DNA from: an uncultured Gemmatimonadales bacterium
GTDB taxonomy: Bacteria > Gemmatimonadota > Gemmatimonadetes > Gemmatimonadales > GWC2-71-9
Direction of reading: 5' to 3'
Assembly (NCBI GenBank): GCA_963739455.1
Contig: CAVUAK010000001.1
Span: 1,504,001-1,568,000, forward strand
DNA: 64,000 bases
Part shown: in pieces, positions 48,246 to 58,323 of the stretch
How positions within the stretch are numbered: position 1 is the first letter of the stretch
Layout: the number at the start of each line of letters is the position of its first letter
Notes under the pieces: generated by a model
What the model was told of the DNA's origin: nothing
Databases searched by the model: none
What the model saw: the letters and a program-made list of their open reading frames with translations, nothing else
Made by a program: the position numbers and the translations under genes

Positions 48246-49583
48246 CTAGGTCGCCCCGCGTGCGAGATGCTGCCGTGCCGTCGCCGATTGCTGCTGGACC
48301 ACATCAGCGAGTACCAGCAGCAGCGCTAGATGAATGTAGAGATATGTGAGGAAAGCGAACGTCCCCCAGATCCCGGCAACAAGATATCCGAAGAGGCTGA
48401 ATTCCAGGAGCTGTAACCGCCGCCATTCCGGACTTCTCGATACGTTGCTCGCCTTCCTGCGCACACTGCGCGCTCTCAGAATGATCACCAGGACAATCGA
48501 GCCGAAGAGGATCAGGCCCGGGAAGCCCGTCTCGGCGAGGACCTCGAGGTACGTGTCATGCACATCGCGCGCGCCCAAGTGGGGACTGTACTCCTTGTTG
48601 GCCTTCTCGTAACGCCCGAGCCCGACTCCTAGCACCGGGTGATCACCGATGACCTGGAAGCTTGTCTGCCAAATTTCCCAGCGCTGGGTCGCCGAGCCTT
48701 CCGGGTCAACCTCTGCCAGGTTCTCGGTGTTCGTCGCATTCTTAAGTCCGGCCAGACGTTGCCACACACCGCTCGGCGCTACGAAGATTGCGACGAAAGC
48801 GACGGCGGCGGTAGCGAAAAGCAGCCGTCCCCGGTTCCGCTTCTCGCCTGAGATAACGAGCAAGACGAAGAGCGTGAGCCCGATAAAGACTGCGCGGGAC
48901 TGCGTCATGAGGATGACAATCGGAAATACCACCACCGCGGCGAGCGCGCCAAGCCGCACAAGCTTCGGGACGTCGCGGCGCACGTAGCTTGCCGCGACGG
49001 CGAGTGGGAGCAATGTCATTGCTGCCATATCATTAGCGTTGCCGAATGCGCCGCGCCAGGCGGGGCGGCCAAAGTCGGCATTGTGATAGATGGCGTAATT
49101 GAAGATCGTGCCTCTGGCAGGGTAGAGTGCAAAGAGCACAATCAGCATCAGCAGGAAGAGGTTTAGGACTCGTGGATCACGGAGGGCGTTGTAAGCCACG
49201 AGAAAGATGATGCCGACCTTGGCGAGATCCTCCACCGGGGCCATCGTTCCCGGCATTGTGCTGATCGAGTCGCCGATTGCCGCCCAGAAAATGAAGAGTG
49301 CAAGCAACCAGAAGGCGAGCGGCCACTTGAGGGCCTTTCCGCTGGTTACCAGTCCAACGACGGCGACGGCCATCGCGATGTACGCGATCGGGGCGATGAA
49401 CGTCGTGATGGCTATGAAGTACGCAAAGAAGCCGATGCGGTCCAGCGACCAGCGGACCTGCTTGAGCTGTAAAAAGCTCCGAAGTGATTGGTGCCGGGCA
49501 CTTGGCTCAACTCCTGTGACCGGGGGCGGTAACGGGGCGACCGCTGTACTGGGATAGCCGGAATAGCCCCTTTCGCGCTTCAT
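48246..49583 (-). CDS. O-antigen ligase/Wzy-family polymerase
   Basis: multiple TMs; FGNAND, TQSRA, R.EIW, HPVLGVGLG, HDTYLEVLAETGFPG. Confidence 0.87.
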   Translation of the reverse strand: MKRERGYSGYPSTAVAPLPPPVTGVEPSARHQSLRSFLQLKQVRWSLDRIGFFAYFIAITTFIAPIAYIAMAVAVVGLVTSGKALKWPLAFWLLALFIFWAAIGDSISTMPGTMAPVEDLAKVGIIFLVAYNALRDPRVLNLFLLMLIVLFALYPARGTIFNYAIYHNADFGRPAWRGAFGNANDMAAMTLLPLAVAASYVRRDVPKLVRLGALAAVVVFPIVILMTQSRAVFIGLTLFVLLVISGEKRNRGRLLFATAAVAFVAIFVAPSGVWQRLAGLKNATNTENLAEVDPEGSATQRWEIWQTSFQVIGDHPVLGVGLGRYEKANKEYSPHLGARDVHDTYLEVLAETGFPGLILFGSIVLVIILRARSVRRKASNVSRSPEWRRLQLLEFSLFGYLVAGIWGTFAFLTYLYIHLALLLVLADVVQQQSATARQHLARGAT

Positions 49584-50425
49584 GCGACGAGCGCCTCAAT
49601 TTCGGAGCCATCACCAATGCGCTTCATGACATGCAGTGCGCGGCCGTGCTTGGTGAACGCCGTTCCGTGATTGATTCCGTCACTTCCGGTGCGCGCGACA
49701 ACCAGGACGCCATTGTTCCCCAGCCAGTCGCGTACGTTCGCAATTCCAGCCCGTAGCGTCGGTTCGTCGAAATACGAGCGATTCAGCAGGTTCGCCACCC
49801 GGATGACCCCGAAGCGGCCTTGCCACTCGGGTCGCGGAATGAAGATGTCGTGGGCAATCACGCTCACATTGGGATTGCCCGTCAATTGCCCACTGATCAG
49901 GGACACGACTCGTTGACGCCCGAAGGCCCGGCTGACAGTGCTCATGGCGCTCCCGGCGGCGAACGCCGCGTGCGATACCAAGTTCCGCAGCGACCCGTTC
50001 CAACTGGTCGGCCGGACGAGCAGCCTGCGACTCGTGCGGAGCAGCATTGCCCGTCCCCCCTCATCCGATAGCAACTCCACGCCGCCGATGCTGGTGAGTA
50101 CGCCGTTGAGCGTGCGATCGCACCCCACCACGCGCAGGGTCCGCACGATCGGCCTGAGGGCATCGACCAGCTCGGCGGTCGATATGCCACTCGAAATACC
50201 TACATCCAGCAGGTCGAAATCCGTGCGCCCATCCAGCATTGAGAGGATCAGTCGGTTCACGTCGTCCAGCCGGCGCGACGAAGTCATCTTCGTCGTGCCA
50301 TCACTCTGGTGCATGTGGGAAAGGAGGAACTCCCTGGCAAGCTCGTTCTCGGGATCGCTGACCCCGCTTTCGAGAATCTGCGCTAAGGAGCGATCAGTTC
50401 CCACGGCATCCTTCAGCGATGACAT
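49580..50425 (-). CDS. putative SAM-dependent methyltransferase-fold protein
   Basis: LLDVGISSG, IRVANLLNRSYF; co-oriented in the operon. Confidence 0.6.
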   Translation of the reverse strand: MSSLKDAVGTDRSLAQILESGVSDPENELAREFLLSHMHQSDGTTKMTSSRRLDDVNRLILSMLDGRTDFDLLDVGISSGISTAELVDALRPIVRTLRVVGCDRTLNGVLTSIGGVELLSDEGGRAMLLRTSRRLLVRPTSWNGSLRNLVSHAAFAAGSAMSTVSRAFGRQRVVSLISGQLTGNPNVSVIAHDIFIPRPEWQGRFGVIRVANLLNRSYFDEPTLRAGIANVRDWLGNNGVLVVARTGSDGINHGTAFTKHGRALHVMKRIGDGSEIEALVA

Positions 50426-50436
50426 GCCAAGCCCTT

Positions 50437-51759
50437 CTACCAGCAAATGCCCGTGTAGCGCGCGGCCCCCCAGGCGTCGCGCGAGGTCGCGCGGGCGAGG
50501 TCCAAGACCGTCTGGTGCTCCGTGAGCAGGGGGCCGAGGTTGCGGAATTCCCTTGAACTGTTGCCGATCACGATCACCTCGGACCGACTGGTGACCGCTT
50601 CGACCACCGGCTGCATGAGCGACCAGATGTGCGGAATCTCCTTCTCGATATACTCACGATTAGTTCCGATGAGCCTTGCCTGTGACACTTCGGCGTCGTA
50701 AATCGCGAGTTCGTAGCCCTTGCCCACGAGGCGCTCGATGAGCGCGACCATTGGTGACTCCCGAAGATCATCAGTTCCTTCCTTGAAGGCCATGCCCAGG
50801 ATGCCGATCCGCCGGTGGCCGAGTGCCGCGATCATCTCGAAGGCCCGGTCGATCTGCCGGGCGTTGCTCTCGAGTACCGATTGCAACACCGGGGTGGAGA
50901 TGTCGAGTTCCCGGGCGCGATAGGTGATCGCGCGGAGGTCCTTCGGGAGGCACGACCCGCCGAAGGCAAAGCCCGGCTTCAGGTAGGCCGCGGAAATGTT
51001 CAGTTTGCGGTCCTCGGAGAAGAGCCGCATCACTTCGTGGCTGTCGACGCCGACTGCCTTACAGATGTTCCCGATCTCGTTGGCGAATCCAACCTTCAGC
51101 CCGTGATAGCAGTTGGAGGCATACTTTACCATTTCCGCGACCGCGACGGGAACCACGTGAATCGGGGCGCCAACCGCGGCATAGAGTGCGGCCACCGCGT
51201 CACCCGCCGCCCGGTCGTCTGTGCCGACGATTGTAAAGGGCGGATCATAAAAATCCTTGATCGACGTTCCCTCGCGAAGGAACTCAGGGTTCATGCAGAC
51301 GTTGATGTTGTTGCCGGGGGCCCGGCCCAGGCCGCGTGAGATAGCTGGCCGCACGACACCCGCGATGGTTCCCGGGAGAACAGTGCTCCTGATCACCACC
51401 GTGTGGCGGCGGTCACCGACATCGCGCAGCGCTTCGCCGATCTGTTCACAGACGCGCTCGACATACTTGAGGTCGAGGCTCCCGTTCGGGCGGCTTGGTG
51501 TGCCGACGCAAATCAGCGATAGGGTAGATGCCTGAACCGCCTCGGCGGGACTGGTTGTGGCCCGCAGGCGCCCGCCGGCGCGCGCCGCGCCGATCAGTTC
51601 GGAAATACCGGTCTCGACGATCGTCGCCTCGCCCCGGTTGACCAGGTCCACCTTGAACGGACTGACGTCGACGCCGATGACATCGTGCCCGTCCTTCGCA
51701 AAGCAGGCGGCTGATACACATCCGACGTATCCCATTCCGAAAATGCTGATCGCTGTCAC
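50437..51759 (-). CDS. nucleotide-sugar 6-dehydrogenase, GDP-mannose dehydrogenase (AlgD)-like
   Basis: ISIFGMGYVG, CVGTPS..NGSLDL.YV..VC, RSTVLPGT, NPEFLREG, PGFAFGGSCLPKD, FKEGTDDLRESP. Confidence 0.9.
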   Translation of the reverse strand: MTAISIFGMGYVGCVSAACFAKDGHDVIGVDVSPFKVDLVNRGEATIVETGISELIGAARAGGRLRATTSPAEAVQASTLSLICVGTPSRPNGSLDLKYVERVCEQIGEALRDVGDRRHTVVIRSTVLPGTIAGVVRPAISRGLGRAPGNNINVCMNPEFLREGTSIKDFYDPPFTIVGTDDRAAGDAVAALYAAVGAPIHVVPVAVAEMVKYASNCYHGLKVGFANEIGNICKAVGVDSHEVMRLFSEDRKLNISAAYLKPGFAFGGSCLPKDLRAITYRARELDISTPVLQSVLESNARQIDRAFEMIAALGHRRIGILGMAFKEGTDDLRESPMVALIERLVGKGYELAIYDAEVSQARLIGTNREYIEKEIPHIWSLMQPVVEAVTSRSEVIVIGNSSREFRNLGPLLTEHQTVLDLARATSRDAWGAARYTGICW

Positions 51760-52997
51760 GGGGCGCTCGAGATCGAGGTGGTGGAACGACGGCGGTCGAT
51801 TGTTGCCTCACACGCCGTCGCGAACGCGGAGGAGATGCTTGTCCAAGAGAAATGCTGCCGGACGTACGCCGTCGCGTGGGCGGCAAGTTCATTCGCCGTG
51901 ACACGGTTTCGGAGAAGCGAGATGCATGCCGCCGCCTGTTCTTCCGGGCTGTCGGCGCGCAGGAAATGCCGCCCGTCCTCCACCGGTAGGCCCTCGGCGC
52001 CGATGGCTGTGGATACCACGGGGCAGCCCATGGCCATGGCTTCAAAGATCTTGAGTCTGGTGCCGCCGCCAACACGCAGTGGCACCGCCATCAACGCCGC
52101 GGAGGCTAAATACGGTCGTACGTCGGGCACCGAGCCGGTTACCTCAACTCCCGGATGGCGGTCGGCAAGGCGTTGCACCCTCGTCCCGGGCCTTCGCCCG
52201 ACGATCTGGAAGCGCGCACCCGGGACTTCGGACTGGATCAACGGGAGGACGTCCTCGGCGAAATGCTCCACCGCGTCCTCATTGGGCATCCAGTCCATCG
52301 ACCCCACGAAGACAATGGCGTTTGCCTGTCTATCGGTACCCGGCTCCGGCCGGAAGTAGTCAGTATCGACGCCAGTGGCGACAGTTGACACGCTTGCCGT
52401 GCCGTACTGCTTCGTGAAGTACTCAGCATCCACGTCCGAGACCGCGACGACATGATCGAAGCGGCGGCAAGTTTCACCCTCGAAGCGGGCCATGCGCCGC
52501 CACTGCTGCTCAAAAAATGCTCCCCGCAGCCGGCTTCCCGGCACCTCCGCATGCCGGCGCCATATTTCCGCCTCGACATTGTGCTGAAAGAGGACGGACG
52601 GTACACCCACTGGGTGCGCCACATTTACTGCGGGAGCGAGGAAGTCGCATACGAGGACGTCCACGCCACTGGCCGCCGTCATGCGCGCGACCGCTTCGGA
52701 AAAGCCCCGCACCTTGTAGCGCTTGAGGGCGTACGGCAATGGCGAGGCCAAGCTCCTCGCGACGTCGACCGCAAATGCTGCGGTGCCTCGCGCCGGAGGG
52801 TGGAATGGCACGCGTACTACTTGCGTAGCATACTCGGAGCTCCGAGCCAAGGCATCCGGCGCGGCTGACCCATCGTCCAGGCAGACGTAGGTCACCTCGT
52901 GCGAACGAGCCAGTCCACGCAGCATTTCGTAGGTGCGGATGCGACCACCCTTGTCGACCGGATGCAGGAGCTCCGTCTTGAGCCACAGGATGCGCAT
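51756..52997 (-). CDS. glycosyltransferase family 4
   Basis: HPVDKGGRIRT, FVGSMDWMPN, GGGTRLKIFEAMAMG. Confidence 0.88.
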   Translation of the reverse strand: MRILWLKTELLHPVDKGGRIRTYEMLRGLARSHEVTYVCLDDGSAAPDALARSSEYATQVVRVPFHPPARGTAAFAVDVARSLASPLPYALKRYKVRGFSEAVARMTAASGVDVLVCDFLAPAVNVAHPVGVPSVLFQHNVEAEIWRRHAEVPGSRLRGAFFEQQWRRMARFEGETCRRFDHVVAVSDVDAEYFTKQYGTASVSTVATGVDTDYFRPEPGTDRQANAIVFVGSMDWMPNEDAVEHFAEDVLPLIQSEVPGARFQIVGRRPGTRVQRLADRHPGVEVTGSVPDVRPYLASAALMAVPLRVGGGTRLKIFEAMAMGCPVVSTAIGAEGLPVEDGRHFLRADSPEEQAAACISLLRNRVTANELAAHATAYVRQHFSWTSISSAFATACEATIDRRRSTTSISSAP

Positions 52998-52998
52998 C

Positions 52999-54945
52999 CT
53001 ATGCGGCCCGGGTCGTGGCGAAGGTCGCAGGGGTGCCGGCTATGTCCTCGTGCGACTCGCCGTCCAGGAAGATGCGCTGCCAGATCTCCAGGTTTGCGAG
53101 CAACCACAGGCGCTCTCCATGGTTCACGCCCCCGGAATGCTCCGCGAGAAGGGCGCGGACACTTTCGGGCCGGAAAAAGCCCCGCGCGAGCGCCCGGTCG
53201 GAGCCCACGAATTCTTCCACCCAGTCCTGATAGGGCCCACGGAACCAGCTCGCGACAGGCACCGGGAAGCCCATCTTTTTCCGGTGCAGGATGCTGTGCG
53301 GCAGGATCCCCCGCATCGCCTTCCGCAGAACAACCTTCGTCGTCGCCCCATGGATCTTGAGACGGTCTGGTAGACGCGTGGCAAACTCCACGAGGGGGTG
53401 ATCGAGGAACGGTACCCGGCTCTCGATGGAGGCGGCCATGCTCATCTGGTCCTGCTTCATCAGGAGCTCATGCAGGTAGGTGCTCGAGTCCGCATACAGC
53501 AACTGTGTGAGGAGTCCCGATCCGGCGCGGCGGGCGAGCGCCTCACGCACGGTGGCATACGGATCTACATCACCCAGCACCTCCAGCATTCCACCCGACA
53601 ACAGCCATCGCTGCCGCGCTTGCCCGAACACCGCAAAATTATCGAGGTAAAGCGCGTCGAGATCGGGCCCCAGGGCCAGGAAGGTTCGTCCCAGGCGCCT
53701 ACCCACTGGACCCTTTCGACCGGAAACCAGTCGCTGCACGGCCTCGCGGAGTGACGCGGGAGTGCCGCGCGCCCAGAGGGCCCCAAGTTCCACGTTCGCG
53801 CGTGTCACGCGGTACTTGTTGTATCCCCCCAGCGTCTCGTCACTTCCCTCGCCCGTGAGCACCACCTTTACGTGCTCGGCCGCGAGCTCAGAGACAAAAT
53901 TCAGCGCAACGCTAGACGGATGCGCGATTGGTTCGTCCTCGTGCCACAGCAGGCGCGGGACTTGGCGGAAGAACGCATCGGGCGAGACCAGCACCTCATG
54001 ATGACGAGTGCGGAACCGTGTGGCGATGAGCCTGGCGAAGGCGAGCTCGTTGGCTTCCCGCTCCTGGAAGGCGACGGAGAACGTGCGCACCGGTTCGTCC
54101 ACCATCCCACTCATCAGCGCCGTGATCGCGGCAGAGTCGATGCCCCCCGAGAGGAATGCGCCCAGCGGCGCGTCAGCCATGAGTCGCAGCCGGACGGCCT
54201 CCGTCAGTCGCGACCGGTACTCCTCCACGAGTTCGTGATCGTGATCGGGGGATGGCGCCGCCTGATGGGAAGGCAGGTCCCAGTAGCGCCGCAACTGGAG
54301 CGCGCCGTCCCGCCATACCAGCAGGTGCGCCGGCGGTAGCCGTCGTACGCCTTCGAACATCGTCTCCTCGCCCATCGTGGCTCGATTCGCGAGAAAGTCC
54401 GGGACCGCTTTCCGATTTAGCCTTGCCGTCACGAGGCCTGATGCAAGCAGGCCCTTGATCTCCGAGGAGAAGGCAAGCGATCCGTCGGCAAGGTGCGCGT
54501 AGTACAATGGCTTGACGCCGAACCGGTCGCGGGCCAGGAACAACTGACGGTCACGCCTGTCCCAGATGGCGATGGCGAACATTCCGCGAAGCAGCGAGAT
54601 GGCTGCCTGGCCGCGCAGCTCGAAGAGCCGCAGCACCGTTTCGGTATCGCACCGCGTGCGATACACCGTACCGTCGCGCTCGAGGTCCCGCTGGAGCGTC
54701 GGGTGGTTGAACACCTCCCCGTTGTATACGATGACATAGCGACCATCGTCGCTGGTCATCGGCTGGGCGCCATGCGCCACGTCAACGATGCTCAGGCGCC
54801 GATGCCCCAGACCGACCCCCTCCTCCAGGAACGACCCTTCCCCATCGGGACCGCGATGCCGCATGACGTCGCGCATCACCTCTACGTCTCGCTGGCGTAT
54901 ACTGGGGCTGCCCGCCGGCCGAACGATTCCGCAGATGCCGCACAT
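52999..54945 (-). CDS. asnB: asparagine synthase (glutamine-hydrolysing)-like amidotransferase, polysaccharide-associated
   Basis: MCGICG, HRGPD, GHRRLSIVD, NGE, ARDRFGVKPLYY, FLSGGIDS, GEGSDE, ESRVPFLD. Confidence 0.9.
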   Translation of the reverse strand: MCGICGIVRPAGSPSIRQRDVEVMRDVMRHRGPDGEGSFLEEGVGLGHRRLSIVDVAHGAQPMTSDDGRYVIVYNGEVFNHPTLQRDLERDGTVYRTRCDTETVLRLFELRGQAAISLLRGMFAIAIWDRRDRQLFLARDRFGVKPLYYAHLADGSLAFSSEIKGLLASGLVTARLNRKAVPDFLANRATMGEETMFEGVRRLPPAHLLVWRDGALQLRRYWDLPSHQAAPSPDHDHELVEEYRSRLTEAVRLRLMADAPLGAFLSGGIDSAAITALMSGMVDEPVRTFSVAFQEREANELAFARLIATRFRTRHHEVLVSPDAFFRQVPRLLWHEDEPIAHPSSVALNFVSELAAEHVKVVLTGEGSDETLGGYNKYRVTRANVELGALWARGTPASLREAVQRLVSGRKGPVGRRLGRTFLALGPDLDALYLDNFAVFGQARQRWLLSGGMLEVLGDVDPYATVREALARRAGSGLLTQLLYADSSTYLHELLMKQDQMSMAASIESRVPFLDHPLVEFATRLPDRLKIHGATTKVVLRKAMRGILPHSILHRKKMGFPVPVASWFRGPYQDWVEEFVGSDRALARGFFRPESVRALLAEHSGGVNHGERLWLLANLEIWQRIFLDGESHEDIAGTPATFATTRAA

Positions 54946-57113
54946 CAGGATTGACCTCGCGCCGACGCTGGCTCACGTGTAGCCGCCCGTCTGCGCCCGC
55001 TCGACAGGAGCACCGGGTCACCGAGGACGCCGTCATGCACCGGCATCCACACCACCCGTGTCTCAGCCAGTGTCGTTTTAGGAGTCTGCCAGCCAGTCTC
55101 AGGCCCAAGATCGAGACGGCCGCTGACACTGCCCATGCGGATATCCCAGGCTACGGAGGAATCGGCAGTGTCCGCGCGGACGGCGTAGGACGGCGTGTTC
55201 GCTGCACCGAGTACAGCTAGCAGGTATCCGGTCGGCCGTTCGGGCGGACGGAGGCAGATGACGGATGTATCCTCGAATCGGCCATAAGCAGGGGAGATTT
55301 TCGTGGCAAGCACGGATAGGTCGGTGTCCGAGGTGACGGTGAAATGACGTGAGGCGTCGTTCAGCTGGACGCTGCGAGGTCCCGTGAGTGTCGCGACGAG
55401 GTCGCTTGCCAGATGCAGCCGGGCTTCGACCTGCACCGCCGAGTCGGCGCTCCACTGATCGATGACAACCCAAATGTTCTCGAGCCGCACGAAGCGACGG
55501 CGAAGCCGTACTTGGTCCGCGCCTCGAGCGTAGCCATCGTGCTCGACCTCGAGGAAATCGAAGCTGGCATCGGAATGCCATTGCACGACATGTGTCGCAG
55601 GTGTCGCGGTCCAGCGGAATGGCCCTGCAGTTGCCCCGCAGGACCGCCCTTCGACGAGCAGCACATTGTGTGCGAAAGCGGCGCGGAGCTCTTCCCGCTC
55701 GGGGCCAACGTAGCGTCCGGTGCCCGAGTCGACCACCACAATACGGTCTTCAAGCGCAAGCTCAAACGTGGTTGGGTCGGCATGAGCGTGCGCGCCAGTC
55801 AGCGCGCCATGCGGGCCCGCGTCGACCAGCATCCAGGATCCTCCCTCACCGGCGAGACGGTAGATGCCGCCTTCGGCGAAGGCTCGTGAGGGCAGGGCCG
55901 GCGCCACGGCGTACTCGCGCAGCTGTGTGAATGCACCGAGGCCAGCGACCCAGGCGACGGATGCCGGAACTGGTTGGCCCTCGCGCGGAACCTTGGCCCA
56001 GCCAAGGTCCAGGGTGGCGAGACAGATGGTGCCGCGGTGATCGGCTGGATCGGCGAGATCGACTCCGCACAATCGCCCTCCATCGTCGTCACCGATACGG
56101 GCTACGTCACCACCAGGCCTGAGGTCGTTCAGCAATGCGAGAGCGGCCGCTTCAGACCTGTTGCGGAACGCCGCCGGTATCTCCAGCCCCGCCTGCGACG
56201 CCAGCCGTAGTCCGTGAAGCAGGAAGTCCACCGTGTATCCCTGATACCACATGGTCTGCTCGAAGTAGGTGCCGTCGTCGCGCAACTGCCGCCCGGCTTC
56301 CCGAGTGAGCAGGGCGAACCCCTTCCGTGACCACCGATGCGCTTCCGGCAGGGAGGGCAGCGTGGCCCCCAGATAAAGCAGCCCGAGGGCCTCACCGGTG
56401 AGGTGGGTGTTCGGACTGAAGTAGGTGGACAGGTGGCGCTCGATATGACGACCGTGTGCACGGAGGGACCCCGCAATGACGCTCCGCTCGGCGGACGTTG
56501 GCCGCGCGACGTCGCGCAGGAGGTGGAGTGTCCAAATCCAGGCAATCGTCCGCAGGGCGAGTTCAAGACTGCTCGCCCAATTGACGCCTTGACCCTCGGG
56601 GTTGGCCCTGATCCAGTCTAGGATCGCTGTGACCGCGCCCTCGGCGTACTGCGGCTCGGCGGTAAGGCACGACGCCTGACCAAGCGTCACCATCCATTGG
56701 TGCCGATTCAGCTCCCAGGTGACCTTGTGGTCACCCATCTTCTCGAAGTCGAGAAAGGGCACTCGACTCCAGTGGACGCTGGGCCCGCGACGGCCTGAAA
56801 TCGCGTCCCGTTGCCAGTCGATTGGCATCCCGACCGGGACGTCATGGTAGCCGAGCAGGTTGAAGTGACCCCCCAGGATTCGGTCCGCGCGCTGGATGAT
56901 CTCAACGACGTGCTTCGGATCGACTTCGCGGAGAGCCGTGACGTCGGAGTGCGTGAGCGATCCAAAGGGCATGACTGGTTCATGTGCGTCGATCGCAAAC
57001 GCCCGATTCGCGCGTGCCCCAAGCGCACGCTCCAGGGCTATCCACCCCGCTTGGTGAATGCGATCCAAGAGCTCGGCCGGGCTCCGTTCGAGGAACCGCA
57101 GCGACGCCAGCAT
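54945..57113 (-). CDS. heparinase II/III family protein (polysaccharide lyase-like)
   Basis: DHKVTWELNRHQ, NWASSLE, SPNTHL.GEA, IGDDDGG, HAHAD, VDSGT..Y, AHN, HDGY. Confidence 0.88.
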   Translation of the reverse strand: MLASLRFLERSPAELLDRIHQAGWIALERALGARANRAFAIDAHEPVMPFGSLTHSDVTALREVDPKHVVEIIQRADRILGGHFNLLGYHDVPVGMPIDWQRDAISGRRGPSVHWSRVPFLDFEKMGDHKVTWELNRHQWMVTLGQASCLTAEPQYAEGAVTAILDWIRANPEGQGVNWASSLELALRTIAWIWTLHLLRDVARPTSAERSVIAGSLRAHGRHIERHLSTYFSPNTHLTGEALGLLYLGATLPSLPEAHRWSRKGFALLTREAGRQLRDDGTYFEQTMWYQGYTVDFLLHGLRLASQAGLEIPAAFRNRSEAAALALLNDLRPGGDVARIGDDDGGRLCGVDLADPADHRGTICLATLDLGWAKVPREGQPVPASVAWVAGLGAFTQLREYAVAPALPSRAFAEGGIYRLAGEGGSWMLVDAGPHGALTGAHAHADPTTFELALEDRIVVVDSGTGRYVGPEREELRAAFAHNVLLVEGRSCGATAGPFRWTATPATHVVQWHSDASFDFLEVEHDGYARGADQVRLRRRFVRLENIWVVIDQWSADSAVQVEARLHLASDLVATLTGPRSVQLNDASRHFTVTSDTDLSVLATKISPAYGRFEDTSVICLRPPERPTGYLLAVLGAANTPSYAVRADTADSSVAWDIRMGSVSGRLDLGPETGWQTPKTTLAETRVVWMPVHDGVLGDPVLLSSGRRRAATREPASARGQS

Positions 57114-57115
57114 CG

Positions 57116-58255
57116 TTACGCCTCCACCTCGCGCCCAAGACTTTCATAGCAGGCCACCCATCGGGCCGTCGCTGCGCGTGCAGTGAAGTGCTCCAGAACC
57201 TCAGCCCGCGCGTTGTCGCTGAGCTGGAGTGCCAGCTCCGGGCAATCGAGCAGTCGGCATGCTGAGTCGGCCAGCCCACTCGCATCACCGACCGTGACGA
57301 GGAGCCCAGTGTGACCTTCGTGGACCAATGAGGGGATGCCGCCCGCGTCCGTCGACACGACTGGTAGCCCTGCGGCGAATGCCTCAAGGATCGACAGGGG
57401 GACATTATCAATCGCCGACCCGTTCAGGAAGATTTCGGACTCGCCATAGAGGCCGTCCATGTCCTCGGGACGCACCGGACCGGTGAAGCGGACGTGCCTC
57501 AAGCCGAGAGCAGTGGCTTGGTGGCGCAACTGCTCACTGAGCGAGCCATGTCCGGCGACGATCATTTGTGCGTCCGGATGGCGCGTCTGAATCAGCGCAA
57601 AGGCGGATATCACATCTGCTACGCGATACAGGGACTCATGGTTACGGTTGACGATGAAGCGCGGCTGCACAGCGGCGCGACGCCGATAAGTGACGTGCTC
57701 AATCTCGACGAAGTTGGGCGCCACTTCCGCGCGGAAACCGAAACGTGCGAATACATCAACCAGGTATCCGGACGGAACAACGATGCAATCGGCCCATCGC
57801 AGCGCGCGACGCATCAGCCACTCCCATCGGGTGAGGTGATCCTCCGCCTCGCCGCTGTGATAGTTGAGGAGAACCCGCTTCCCATGGCGCCGCGCGGCCA
57901 GCATCGCTGGCAGGGGTGCCAGTACGAATGACCAGTAGCTCGCCGAATAGGCGTGGATCACATCGTACAGGGGCACCGACTCCCGAAGGGACCAGGCATA
58001 TGCCAAGCTACGGGCCGCAGTCCGGAGGTACTTGATCCTGCCCAGCGGGGCGAGCCAGCCAGTGAGGTCTGGATCGACTGGCAGAAAGCCGGCAGAGATG
58101 GCGCCCGAAGCCTCCAAGGCCCGTCGGAGCCGCTCGAGCTGCACCGCTTGGCCGCCGAGGTAGCGCAACGACGGCCCGACCAGCAGCACCCGGAGCGGCC
58201 GGTGATCGGCGCGACCGGTCAACCCTAGTGCCCCATCTAACTGCTTGTCAAGCAT
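57116..58255 (-). CDS. glycosyltransferase family 4
   Basis: GGQAVQ, NYHSGEA, DNVPLSILEAFAAGLPVVST.AGGIP. Confidence 0.88.
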   Translation of the reverse strand: MLDKQLDGALGLTGRADHRPLRVLLVGPSLRYLGGQAVQLERLRRALEASGAISAGFLPVDPDLTGWLAPLGRIKYLRTAARSLAYAWSLRESVPLYDVIHAYSASYWSFVLAPLPAMLAARRHGKRVLLNYHSGEAEDHLTRWEWLMRRALRWADCIVVPSGYLVDVFARFGFRAEVAPNFVEIEHVTYRRRAAVQPRFIVNRNHESLYRVADVISAFALIQTRHPDAQMIVAGHGSLSEQLRHQATALGLRHVRFTGPVRPEDMDGLYGESEIFLNGSAIDNVPLSILEAFAAGLPVVSTDAGGIPSLVHEGHTGLLVTVGDASGLADSACRLLDCPELALQLSDNARAEVLEHFTARAATARWVACYESLGREVEA

Positions 58256-58323
58256 GGTGTTGCGCACGGTGCCCTGAGAGTGGCGAAGCTGTCGTAGGGG
58301 AGCAGGAAGTGTGCCCTCCATTA